From NCBI GenBank assembly GCA_051294375.1, contig CM119270.1, forward strand, positions 16,146,606 to 16,166,452: a stretch of DNA of 19,847 nucleotides. Reading direction: 5' to 3'. The translations under genes were made by a program, and so were the position numbers. The notes under the pieces are model-generated. The model saw only the letters and a list, made by a program, of their open reading frames with translations. It did not search any database and had not been told where the DNA came from. This document shows positions 1 through 19,258 of this stretch, one piece after another. Source of the DNA: Paraspadella gotoi. Taxonomy: Eukaryota > Animalia > Chaetognatha. Each line of letters opens with the position of its first letter. Position 1 is the first letter of the stretch.

Positions 1-518
1 TCAACGAGGGACGTCGATGCGGTGACAAAGACTTTGGAGGTGCAGTCATGAAATTATGTTCGTTCTCGAGGATTTGGTTAGCAAGTTGTGTCTCGCAAAG
101 TTATTGTTTATAAACGCCGGCGACATTTTGTCTTCCGGTTGTTTCCTTGTTTTTTTTAATTGTTTTTCTTGTTTAATTATTCACGTGATTGACTCCCAGC
201 CTCGCTCAAATCCTAGTGAGATCAGACTCCTCGTTCCCTTCCTCAGGCCAACTCCCGCGTTTCGTCTGGGTTTCCGATGATCTCTCCGAAAAAGTCAAGG
301 CCAGATTCTGGCAGGTGAGTCGGGCTGCATTTCGAACGTCTCGTAATTCGGAGATGGTTCGATCTCTTTGAAGAAGCTTTCATGCCCGCCTCCGCCTGCC
401 TCATCTTCAGACCTACAAATGCGTTCGTGAGAAAAGAGAGAGTCTTTGCCCGGTGGACGGACACTGGACGAGCTGGTCGCATTGGAGTCCTTGTCCGAAA
501 TTCGAAGATTGCGATCAG
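1..518 (+). CDS. Duplicate copy of exons 2-4 of the TSP1 gene (exons <1-76, 247-314, 411-518)
   Basis: Exon 247-314 reads (G)QLPRFVWVSDDLSEKVKARFWQ with donor CAG|GTGAGT. Acceptor ctcatcttcAG precedes 411-518, TYKCVREKRESLCPVDGHWTSWSHWSPCPKFEDCDQ; both junctions are phase 0. Near-identical to 2069-2609. Confidence 0.75.
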
Positions 519-1579
519 GTTGAAAGACTCCTTTTCCTTTTCCTTTTCCTTTTCNNNNNNNNNNNNNNNNNNNNNNNNNNNNNNNNNNNNNNNNNNNNNN
601 NNNNNNNNNNNNNNNNNNNNNNNNNNNNNNNNNNNNNNNNNNNNNNNNNNNNNNNNNNNNNNNNNNNNNNNNNNNNNNNNNNNNNNNNNNNNNNNNNNNN
701 NNNNNNNNNNNNNNNNNNNNTTGCTGCCTTCTCATTTTCTCTTTCTTTGGCTCAATCCACTTTTTTTCCCACTTTCATTTTCGCACTAAATTTGACTTGT
801 CTTATTTTTTCTGCCGTNNNNNNNNNNCGTCGTCGTCGTTGAATTTGCACAACTTATTCAAAGAATGAAATCCGCCTTAGAATAATAGTTGTGTAGTTTT
901 AGTATTTTTTTATTTATTTTCCCGCTGGTAGTAGTAATAAATGTTATTTCACGAAAACCAAAACAAAACCAAAACAAATCAAACCAAATAAAAAACAAAA
1001 CTTGGGAAGATGATGATGAAGAAAAATAAAATTGTTTGTTTGCGTCTGTTGTGCTTTACAGCAAAATTCGGTTCGAACGGCAAATTTAATAAAAACCCGG
1101 TCAGCACCGAACGTTCGATCCCGCTGTACGCGTGCGTTCTGTATTTTTTTTAGTTAATAACAGTAACTTACTGTTTGCTCGAATCTTTTGTAACTAATAA
1201 ATCGACACCAGATTTTAGGTCAAATGCGAATTACAAAATTTACAGAATCAACGGGTTGTCAATTACTTTCCATCTTTGTTAGTTGTTAGTTTGCAAAATT
1301 ATTTCAAAGTTATTTGGTTTCAAAAATTAGCAGTTTACAATAAACCTGATGTTAATCTTTCACTTATGGATTTAAGAAAAGGATTTTAGCCGAGATTCTT
1401 ACTTGCTTCCCGTAGATTTTAAACTTATATTAAAATCCCGTCGTCTTTTATCGACTGGCGATCGTCTGCGTTCACAATCTGTACGAATTGTTCACAACTT
1501 CACAGAGTTATTTCGTTTTCCGCGTGGCCCTTTTCCTTGGGTCATGTCAATCAAAAAAATATATAACTACTTGATAAAA

Positions 1580-10157
<8,578 letters not shown>

Positions 10158-10257
10158 GTAAGGAAAGGGAAGATGCGGAGTGATTATAAATTTTTTATAC
10201 ATTGTATTGCATATTGTTTGTACGAAGGTAAATCAGTGACGAAGTAGATGAATTGGT

Positions 10258-10375
10258 TTTGGCAACGGCAGGGCGCACGGGGGCTTTTTACTGACCCCTC
10301 CTACCGCTGTCGCGATTGTGCTAGTACCCGGATTGAACCCGGAACGCACGGTTGGGATGGTGCCTAAGTCCACGA
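10258..10375 (-). mobile_element. Possible tRNA-derived SINE fragment related to the element at about 7490
   Basis: Minus strand carries the B-box gggttcaatcc in the context ccaaccgtgcgttccgggttcaatcc. Confidence 0.4.
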
Positions 10376-10895
10376 AGACATTGAATGAATGCATTTATAT
10401 CGCAAATGGTCGAAAATGATCTATCTATTAAGATTACCATATGATAGGATAAAACTATTCTAAGCTAATACGGGTTATAGATATGATAACCCCAATTGGG
10501 GATCCTAGACCTTGTTCACAGGCAAGCCTGTGTTGAAGAAGTCCTTCAGATCCCTAGCAGTTCCTAACCCAGTGCGTTCACTGGGCACCTCAGCGGGCGC
10601 CTTAATCCCTAGCCTATCAAGTACTAACTAACAGCTAACTCTGTTAAAACAGGATGTATGTTTAATACATCTACTATAACAATAGCTAAAAGTCAACTGT
10701 ACAGATTACAACAATGTCAGTTACAATATTTACAAGAACCTAGGAATCGCGGCTAATACTCCCTGTTGCCCAAGTATGACGCCGTCCAATAAGGCGCAGT
10801 TGGAAACTGCCAATATAGGGTGCGGCAGGGGGCGCGGACAGTTTGAACTGCGCCCTCTTTCTGTTCACGAAAACTGTCTTTTTTTCCTCTGTTTT

Positions 10896-11007
10896 GGGGA
10901 ATCCCCGCAACTATTTTTTACGGGGATCACTGTTTGAAGCCCTCTGCCTTATCCATGGCGGGGAATCCCCGCCAATATTTTTGATGGGGATTAACGTTTG
11001 AAGCCCT
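10896..11007. repeat. Two diverged tandem ~64-bp units with internal palindromes
   Basis: ggggaatccccgc...ggggat...gtttgaagccct starts at 10896 and again at 10960. ggcgggga-a-tccccgcc is a perfect inverted repeat. Confidence 0.7.
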
Positions 11008-11134
11008 ATCCCGCCACAAATCACAGATCTGTTCATCATGGGAGTCCTTTTATAAAAATATTTTAATTGATCCTAATTTAAAAATAAATAATTTATTTGC
11101 ATTTAGATTCATTCCTAAACCCTCTATTTTATTT

Positions 11135-11175
11135 ATCTCTCTCTCTCTCTGTCTACCTTTCTCTTTTTCTTTTTC

Positions 11176-11230
<55 letters not shown>

Positions 11231-11470
11231 ATCTCTCTCTCTTTCTCACTCTATTTCTTTTTTTTCTATTTTTAGCTCTCTCCTTACTTTCTCTCTCCAC
11301 TCTCTCTCTCTCTTTCTACCTCTCTCTCTTTTTTTTATTTCATATATATCTTTCTCTCTCTGTCTCAGTCTCTCTTTCTCTCTCTTTTATCTCTATTTCT
11401 ATCTCTTTCTCACTCTATTTAATTTTTTTCTATCTTTATCTCTCTCTCACTTTCTTTCTCTCTCTCTGTC
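11135..11470. repeat. Degenerate (CT)n tract
   Basis: Read directly. Confidence 0.9.
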
Positions 11471-11990
11471 TACTGAAGCATAGCAAAAATATAAAAATCA
11501 AGTGAAATCAAAATTCGAATAGTAGATCACGAACGATCACGAACACCTGTGAACATTTTTAAATAAAAAAAATAATAATTTTTATTTTTCAATTTTTGCA
11601 TACGCCCATATTTATACATAGTACTCACCATAGAAAATGTCAAAATTTTAAAATGTTTTTTTTCTATTTTTAAAAGCAGATTCGAATTCCTCACTAAAAG
11701 TTGATATAAGGAAATTAACCTTTTTTAAAAAATGATTTTATTAAGTGGGTCAAAAATCAATCAATCAATCAATCAATCAATCAGAGAGAGATATATAGAG
11801 AGAGGGAGTCTTTGAAAAATTTAAATAAATGTGTCTTTTGGTTTTCTACTTTAAACTCTTTTCCATTCCTACGATTCCATCAAAAATTTTTATCCAGCTT
11901 AATCACATACTTTCTTGCCCACACACAAAATTTCATTTCAATTTATCTATCCAATTTTTAATAAATATAATAATTATAATTAAATATAAG

Positions 11991-12040
11991 TGGGACCCGA
12001 TATCGAGACTCTGATCATCGAAACCCGGATGCCGCTGCGA
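11991..12040 (+). CDS. Possible exon completing TSP1 #8
   Basis: GPDIETLIIETRMP resembles the expected G...E...C....PC ending, but both cysteines require assumed errors. Confidence 0.25.
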
Positions 12041-12495
12041 GAGAGAAAGAGAAGAGAAGAGAAGAGAATGACCCGTCGGGGTCAGGTTCGAGTCAGGTCC
12101 GCGACCTGAGCCGCGGACGGAAGAGAACAATAGACCCATAGCCGGAAAACTATTGAAAGAGCAACATTGGATCCGCGGATATATATATAACAACTAAATT
12201 AAATTAAAATAAAAATAAAACAGAATAACCAACTAATCAATAATAACAATTATCAATTAATAATAATTAGTAATTTTTTCTTTCTTTTTTTCCTTCTTTC
12301 TTTATTTTTTTTCATTTTTTTCATATCTTTCTTTTTGTCTTTCTCCTTTCTTACTTTTTCTGTCATTAATATTTCTGTAGTAATTAAAAATATATTAAAC
12401 AATAAGGAACTATTGAGAGAGAAAGAGAAACAGAAAGAGAGTGAAAGAGAGAGAGAAAGAGAGAGAGAGAGACAGAGTGAGAGAGAGAGAGAGAG

Positions 12496-12653
12496 TGGGC
12501 CATTTCTCGTCCCCGTCATGAATTGGGGCGGGGATTTGCCAGGATGATATCCCCGGCGAAGGCCGCCGTGGGGCGTAGTTGCGGTGAACTTATAGTTAGC
12601 TTCCCTGAAACTGCGCGAAGTTTGACAGTTTAAACTGCAATGAATTGGCCCGC
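12496..12653 (+). CDS. Possible EGF-like domain exon(s)
   Basis: SSP(C)MNGGICQDDIPG needs indel correction; CAKFDSLNCNE reads directly. Together they resemble an EGF Cys pattern preceding LamG. Confidence 0.35.
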
Positions 12654-15600
12654 GTAATATCTCCTGTTGCCAAAGACCTCTAATTTTTCTCTCCCTTTTT
12701 TCTTTTCTCCTTTTTCCCCCTCNNNNNNNNNNNNNNNNNNNNNNNNNNNNNNNNNNNNNNNNNNNNNNNNNNNNNNNNNNNNNNNNNNNNNNNNNNNNNN
12801 NNNNNNNNNNNNNNNNNNNNNNNNNNNNNNNNNNNNNNNNNNNNNNNNNNNNNNNNNNNNNNNNNNNNNNNNNNNNNNNNNNNNNNNNNNNNNNNNNNNN
12901 NNNNNNNNNNNNNNNNNNNNNNNNNNNNNNNNNNNNNNNNNNNNNNNNNNNNNNNNNNNNNNNNNNNNNNNNNNNNNNNNNNNNNNNNNNNNNNNNNNNN
13001 NNNNNNNNNNNNNNNNNNNNNNNNNNNNNNNNNNNNNNNNNNNNNNNNNNNNNNNNNNNNNNNNNNNNNNNNNNNNNNNNNNNNNNNNNNNNNNNNNNNN
13101 NNNNNNNNNNNNNNNNNNNNNNNNNNNNNNNNNNNNNNNNNNNNNNNNNNNNNNNNNNNNNNNNNNNNNNNNNNNNNNNNNNNNNNNNNNNNNNNNNNNN
13201 NNNNNNNNNNNNNNNNNNNNNNNNNNNNNNNNNNNNNNNNNNNNNNNNNNNNNNNNNNNNNNNNNNNNNNNNNNNNNNNNNNNNNNNNNNNNNNNNNNNN
13301 NNNNNNNNNNNNNNNNNNNNNNNNGCTTTTTCCTCTTTGTCATCTCCTCTTCTTCACCTTTTCTTTCTTCCATCACAGGCCTTAAGGCTCGAGGCGGAGC
13401 ATTGGCGTCTCAATTTTCCTCTTTTGCGCCTCCCTCCAGCGTCCGGCCGCTTTCATTTCACGGATCCGGCGTCAAGACGTGGTGGTTTTTTCCGGCGCGT
13501 AGTCGCGTCGTCAAACGCTCGTCGTCCGTCGTCGTCGAGCTGAAGCCGGAAAAGAGGAACAAGGCGTCGTTGGCGAAAGGTGAGGATTTTTTTTTGAATT
13601 TGATTGAGTGGCTTGTCCGGATTGGTTGATTGATTGTTCGATGCGATTATTTAAGGTTTAATGATTACTCGACCGAATCTAATTTGGCCATTTGATATGT
13701 TTGAACCTGCTATGTTTAATTCATTCATTGTAAATTGGTTATTGATAATGATTGAACTGACTGACTCTAGTTCCGATTTAATTTTTCGAGACTTCAGATT
13801 ACTCCTCCGCAACGCGCCTGTTTCGCGCCCTTAGGCTCGGAGGCGGAGCATTGCGTCTCATTTTTCTCTTGCGCCTCCTCCCGGCGTCCGGCGCTTCATT
13901 TCACGGATCCCGGCGTCGACGTGGTGGTTTTTCCGGCGCGTCGTCGCGTCGTCAACGTCGTCGTCGTCGTCGTCGAGCTGAAGCCGGAAAGAGGACAAGG
14001 CGTCGTTTGGCGAAGGTGAGGTTTTTTTTTTGATTGATTGAGTGCTTGTCGGATTGGTTGATTGATTGTTCGACCGATTATTAGGTTTATGATTACTCGA
14101 CCGATTAATTTGGCCATTGATTGTTTGACTGCTTGTTTTATTCATTCATTGTATTGGTTATTGATTGATTGACTGACTGACTCTTCGATTTATTTTCCAC
14201 CTCAGATTCTCCCCCGCCTGTTCGCGCCTCGACATCTGCCCCCAGGAGATCGTCCTCTTCCTCAGAGACTGGCGTCTCTCTCTCTCTGTCAAACTCGAGA
14301 ATCTTAAAGGGAAGTTGAAGCATGGAGGAAAAGTCAAGAGAGGGAAGTGGCATAAGGTGGGTGTCAGTTAAAGGGAGGTGGCATAAGGNNNNNNNNNNNN
14401 NNNNNNNNNNNNNNNNNNNNNNNNNNNNNNNNNNNNNNNNNNNNNNNNNNNNNNNNNNNNNNNNNNNNNNNNNNNNNNNNNNNNNNNNNNNNNNNNNNNN
14501 NNNNNNNNNNNNNNNNNNNNNNNNNNNNNNNNNNNNNNNNNNNNNNNNNNNNNNNNNNNNNNNNNNNNNNNNNNNNNNNNNNNNNNNNNNNNNNNNNNNN
14601 NNNNNNNNNNNNNNNNNNNNNNNNNNNNNNNNNNNNNNNNNNNNNNNNNNNNNNNNNNNNNNNNNNNNNNNNNNNNNNNNNNNNNNNNNNNNNNNNNNNN
14701 NNNNNACAAAATGGCTAAAAAAGTTATAGAAAGGTTGTTCACTATAAAAACTAAATAGGATTGGCGAAGGGGAAGTTGCTCCGGTCGGAAATAAAATTGT
14801 AACGTTTATTGTTATATTTTATATGGAGTCCCAAACCGACCAAAGCCTGTCTATTGTCCATTGATAATTCATATAATATATCAATATGAATGATCGTGAG
14901 AGTCGAGCTTTTATCGTGTCTCAGTCAGACACTCGAGTGATGATGTTTCAGGCTGTGGTTTTGATCACAGAGCGAAAAGCGACCCTTCGATTGGACGAAA
15001 GAGGAAAGGAAGAGTTCGTGAGAAAATCGTCAGGTCGGAAAGGTTTAAAAACTCATTTACATTTTATCGATCGAAACAATGAGAGAATATTATGAATGTT
15101 TACTGTTTAGTTAAAATCTGTCAAGTTAAAATTGAAATAACGAGTTTCGAGTTTAAAAGATTTCGATTTGGTGACGTTACAATCGCGAGCATGTTTATGA
15201 ATTTGGTCATCTTTCTCTCCTCTCTCTCTCTCTCTCTCTTCTTCTTCTCTCCTCTCTTCTCTCTCTCTCTTCATCTATATCTCTTCAACAATCTCTACTC
15301 AATCGACCTTCCACAATATACAGCGACGAACGCCGCCTCCGACCACAGCGCGCCCGCACTTCTTTACGCCCCCGCGCCGGGATCCGGCCTCGAGCGGCCG
15401 CCCGGGAAGATCCGATAACGACGCCGGACGTGGAACGCGCGCAGGCGACTGGCAATCGGACGGAGATGACATGCGCGTTTGAGACCAGAGGATAATCCGC
15501 CGCCGTTCTGATCTTGACGCCGCTACCCCGTCACCGGACCGCGCTGTCGTAATTGAAACGCCTGGAATCCTACCGTCGGGCGCCGTCAGCGGCCTGCCGA

Positions 15601-16804
15601 CTTCCTTTAGGACAGTCGGGTGAACGGCGTTGGGCGGCCGAACGCAGTGACCGGAACTTGCTGATCGACGCCGCCGGCCCGACATTTTTCCTGTCTTTCC
15701 GTGACATTAAGCATCGTTCGTTCGCCCGTCTTGGCTTTCTTCTTCTTCTTCTTCTTCTTCTTCTTCTTCTTCTATCTTCTCTTCTTCTTTCTTCTTCTTC
15801 TTTTTTCATCTTCCTTCTTCGGCACAGAAAACATCCTACCTCAAGTCCCTTCGTCTCGAAGTGCACCGTTGACTCCCGCCACGTGACCGAACGATAGCTT
15901 TTGAGGAGGGCTTGGCCGCACCGATGCCAGTGGGAACGTTCGAACCTTAAGGCAGTGAAATAGTGTCCAGGCGGAAGGAAGGATCTCGAAAATGGGAATT
16001 ATTTGCTTCTTATTCACACTCGTCACCGATACATGATAAGGTGAGTTTACTCATCGTGTCTCCCTTCTTTTTTCTCATCCATCGCGGATTCTTCGCTCGA
16101 ACCACCCGATGGCCATTGCTTCATCACTGCTCGAGGCTATCACCGGATTGCTGATCCCGTCACTTGTCAACGAAATAAACCCTCTTTTTTAGTTATTAAT
16201 ACCAGAAAAACATAACGTTAAAATATCCAGATATNNNNNNNNNNNNNNNNNNNNNNNNNNCTCCAGACGGAGACGAAATCTTCTTCCCTCGATTCAACGG
16301 ATTCGATCACGTCCACTTTCCGGATTCTTCTGCCCAGAAATCCGCCGCCGTCGCATCCAGGATCGAATCCGGCGCTGCGGATTTCGCTGCGGCTGGTGCT
16401 GCCGCGGTGGAAGTGTGGGAGGCGGAAGTCGTTCTGCGAGCGGATCACGGGGAAGGTCGATTGTGATTGACTTTTTCACAGAGATGACGAGGCTATTCGT
16501 GATGATGATTGGACGTTTTTACCGTTGGGAGATGCTGATTGATGTTTTAATCGATGCTGATTGGCTTTTTTTTTAATCGGCTAAGCTGCTGAGGAAGATA
16601 AAAGACATTTCGATATGCAAACGGAGCAAGCTAATGCTTGGAAAAGATGTACTGACTACTGGAAAGGCTATGATAAACTCTGATTAAAATTCCACTGTTG
16701 AACCAAAGTCAAAGTGCTGCTGATTGCTGATTGCTTCCATCCGCTGTTTAGGCCAAATCTTGATCCACCGCGGACGAAGCGTAAGAACGAGCGGTGGCGG
16801 CGGG

Positions 16805-16851
<47 letters not shown>

Positions 16852-19258
16852 TCTTGGAAGGAGGCCGGCGATGGTGTGGATGGTCTTACGTCACTCGTCC
16901 TTCGAACTCTGCTTTTTGTCCGACGACGTTCACGATTGCGTGAAAAGTCACAAGGTGTGAAAAGGATGTGACAGGGTCCGACCTTACTTCGACTAATCCC
17001 GACCCTTACCCAACACCCACCCAAGATCCACCTGGGCGTCTGGTTCGTCGTTTCTATCATCGTCGAAGGGACGACGGCGTCGATGCATCTCGATGGCATC
17101 AAAGTCGGAACCGTCGTTCTCAATTCCGGTCATTGTCGGCGAGGATTGAAGTCGTTGTCGTCATTGTCGGCGAGGATTGAAGTCGTTGTCGTCATTGTCG
17201 GCGAGGATTGAAGTTGTTGTCGTCATTGTCGGCGTCGATTATAGTTTTCATAGAATGCGTCGTTGTCGTCGTCTTTCTCATCGTCGTTGTCATCGTCGTC
17301 GTCGGCGGCGATCGTGGTCGTCGTCGATGTCATTGTCGGCATCGTAGTTGTCCTTGTTCACAGTAGTTACTTAGATGCCATCTTTGACATTTTGGATGTC
17401 GTCGCTGTCATTATCGTCTTCGTCATCGTCGTCGTCATTTTTGTCTTCTTGTCTATTTTTTTTTTCCCTTCTGTTCAGCGATGGAATTCGTTTCGGGTTC
17501 ATTTTGTTCCATCGGTCGATTTCCTCAACTCAGCGACGGAGAGAAAAAACTCGTCGGCGTCTTCCTCGGATTTCAGGTCAAGGATCCATCGATCCGTTTG
17601 TCCGGTTTTCAAGATTAGTAGTTTTGTTTGTTTGTTTGTTTGTTTGTCCGGTTTTCAAGATTAGTATTTTTTTTTTGGGACGAGTCGGTTTCATTGTTTC
17701 ATTCGTGACGCAGGGCATCGTCCGCTCTTTGACGATCGGCGAGAGACGGATCGACTTTCGTCACGTCGTTTTGGAACGCGCTTCGGGTAAATCGGGTTCT
17801 TTTTGTCTCGTTCTTTTCGTTTTGTGTCATTCTGTTTTCTGTCTTGTTTCGTCGATCAATTGTTCTTAAATTAAAGTAAGAAAATATAGANNNNNNNNNN
17901 NNNNNNNNNNNNNNNNNNNNNNNNNNNNNNNNNNNNNNNNNNNNNNNNNNNNNNNNNNNNNNNNNNNNNNNNNNNNNNNNNNNNNNNNNNNNNNNNNNNN
18001 NNNNNNNNNNNNNNNNNNNNNNNNNNNNNNNNNNNNNNNNNNNNNNNNNNNNNNNNNNNNNNNNNNNNNNNNNNNNNNNNNNNNNNNNNNNNNNNNNNNN
18101 NNNNNNNNNNNNNNNNNNNNNNNNNNNNNNNNNNNNNNNNNNNNNNNNNNNNNNNNNNNNNNNNNNNNNNNNNNNNNNNNNNNNNNNNNNNNNNNNNNNN
18201 NNNNNNNNNNNNNNNNNNNNNNNNNNNNNNNNNNNNNNNNNNNNNNNNNNNNNNNNNNNNNNNNNNNNNNNNNNNNNNNNNNNNNNNNNNNNNNNNNNNN
18301 NNNNNNNNNNNNNNNNNNNNNNNNNNNNNNNNNNNNNNNNNNNNNNNNNNNNNNNNNNNNNNNNNNNNNNNNNNNNNNNNNNNNNNNNNNNNNNNNNNNN
18401 NNNNNNNNNNNNNNNNNNNNNNNNNNNNNNNNNNNNNNNNNNNNNNNNNNNNNNNNNNNNNNNNNNNNNNNNNNNNNNNNNNNNNNNNNNNNNNNNNNNN
18501 NNNNNNNNNNNNNNNNNNNNNNNNNNNNNNNNNNNNNNNNNNNNNNNNNNNNNNNNNNNNNNNNNNNNNNNNNNNNNNNNNNNNNNNNNNNNNNNNNNNN
18601 NNNNNNNNNNNNNNNGGCTCTCTCAGGGGAAAAAACGACCCGTTTCAGGTAATTTCGTCTTTGGTGTGATAAATTTGACGAAAGAAATGGTTTTCTATCT
18701 GTCACGCTTCCAGCTCCACATATCACTAAGATCCTATTTTGTCTTTCTCCTTCTCGAAATGCAATAATCCCGCCACCTAATCACTCAAGCTTTAGTTCGT
18801 AACTTCAGGTACCTCATGAACTCGTCCACACCTCAGCCACCATTTTCACTATAATTCCACTCCGGTTTCACTCCCGATTTAACTCCGCCAGTCCTCCTCT
18901 CAACGCTCTCCCTCCATCCCTCCATCAGATCCATTGGGTTAAGGACGGGACGAAGGTTCATCCGAATCCGACCAACGCGATGGAAATCGTCGACGACGTC
19001 GCCTTCGACCTTCAAACCGGCGTCGTTGACGTCAAGAGTGGCGCCAGGCGTGGCCCCAAGAATGGCAGGGCCGGCGCCGCCACGAAAGGCGACCTTCAAG
19101 ACGACGGCCACCCCGGCGTGAGGTCTGATGTTAAAGTGGACGTCAGCAACGCGTCGTCGTTTCTGTTGCTGCATCCGTCGACCAAAGTCAGACACGAGGG
19201 ATTGTACGTTTGCTACGTCGTTGGCCCTCGAACTATTTCGGAGGCATTCCTTCATTAA
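12496..19258 (+). CDS. Multi-exon extracellular LamG/Ig(/EGF) mosaic protein (perlecan-type domains); incomplete
   Basis: Two laminin-G domains and three Ig-like domains can be reconstructed from phase-compatible GT-AG exons (listed separately). Some expected exons are missing or fall in gaps. Confidence 0.8.
13379..14015 (+). CDS. LamG #1 first exon, present twice (13379-13579 and about 13829-14015)
   Basis: catcacAG acceptor and AG|GTGAGG donor. SFHGSG...WFFP...VVVELKPERGQGVVWR matches the LamG F.G...[YW]..F / E[FL]KP...G[LV][LV] start. Confidence 0.7.
14206..14356 (+). CDS. LamG #1 second exon
   Basis: Phase-2 start. FSPACSRLDICPQEIVLFLRDWRLSLSVKLENLKGKLKHGGKVKRGKWHK contains the G.WH motif. 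Donor AAG|GTGGGT. Confidence 0.8.
14952..15033 (+). CDS. LamG #1 third exon
   Basis: Phase-0 join gives GKWHK|AVVLITERKATLRLDERGKEEFVRKSS, matching WH.V.V....A.L.LD. Confidence 0.8.
15324..15715 (+). CDS. Ig-like domain exon (frameshifted)
   Basis: ITTPDVERAQATGNRTEMTCAFET, then DNPPP, and later TFFLSFRDIK (E-strand-like). Several indels are needed. Confidence 0.5.
15736..15820. repeat. (CTT)n microsatellite serving as a polypyrimidine tract
   Basis: Read directly; precedes the acceptor AG at 15826-15827. Confidence 0.9.
15828..16040 (+). CDS. Ig-like domain exon (frameshifted)
   Basis: Strong acceptor after a (CTT)n tract and donor AAG|GTGAGT. Fragments LEVH..TP, FEEG, RCQWERSNLKAV, SRRKEGSRKWELFASY. 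Confidence 0.5.
16267..17786 (+). CDS. LamG #2, six exons (about 16267-16412, 16482-16534, 16752-16954, 17026-17128, 17479-17576, 17714-17786)
   Basis: Reads EIFFPRFNGFDHVHFP...WTFLPLGD|GQILIH...(G19)...VWMVLRHSSFELCFLSDDVHDCVKSHK|IHLGVWFVVSIIVEGTTASMHLDGIKVGTVVLNS|AMEFVSGSFCSIGRFP...VGVFLGFQ|GIVRSLTIGERRIDF. The last four exons join in phase without correction. Confidence 0.85.
16793..16849 (+). repeat. Coding (GGC)n tract encoding Gly19 inside LamG #2
   Basis: In frame within exon 16752-16954. Confidence 0.88.
17129..17233. repeat. 31-bp minisatellite, about 3.4 copies, intronic
   Basis: Unit gtcattgtcggcgaggattgaagtcgttgtc starts at 17129, 17160, 17191 and 17222 (partial). Confidence 0.92.
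17596..17666. repeat. 25-bp direct repeat flanking (TTTG)n
   Basis: gtttgtccggttttcaagattagta occurs at 17596 and 17642. Confidence 0.88.
18616..19258 (+). CDS. Ig-like domain (exon end 18616-18648 plus exon 18929-19258), apparently terminal
   Basis: GSLRGKNDPFQ|IHWVKDG...SSFLLLHPSTKVRHEGLYVCYVVG...EAFLH* carries the W.KDG and [DE]G.Y.C Ig motifs. Phase-0 junction CAG|GTAATT ... catcAG. Confidence 0.85.

Noticed and set aside
49-51. In-frame TGA at an apparent Cys position in both copies (49-51 and 2120-2122), suggesting selenocysteine or recoding
   Set aside because: Another frame (C-S-H-E-I..C-S-F..EEF) explains the segment without a stop. The region is indel-rich and no SECIS was identified.
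11500-11760. Possible DNA-transposon remnant (attcgaattcctc motif); similar impression at about 10480-10860
   Set aside because: No terminal repeats or target-site duplications could be defined from this window.
11990-14353. A minus-strand gene (ILEFDRERETPVSEEED..., LDDDDDDV...EMKRRT...)
   Set aside because: The same DNA gives phase-consistent LamG exons with stronger splice sites on the + strand (ELKPERGQGVVW...GKWHK|AVVL). The minus readings are antisense shadows.
17234-17600. Minus-strand acidic (Asp-rich) or PH-like reading and plus-strand poly-Val ORF
   Set aside because: A degenerate (GTC)n intron tract plus the antisense of LamG exon 17479-17576.
12630-18726. ORFs spanning runs of X
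   Set aside because: Artefacts of N-gaps at 12723-13324, 14389-14705 and 17891-18615.
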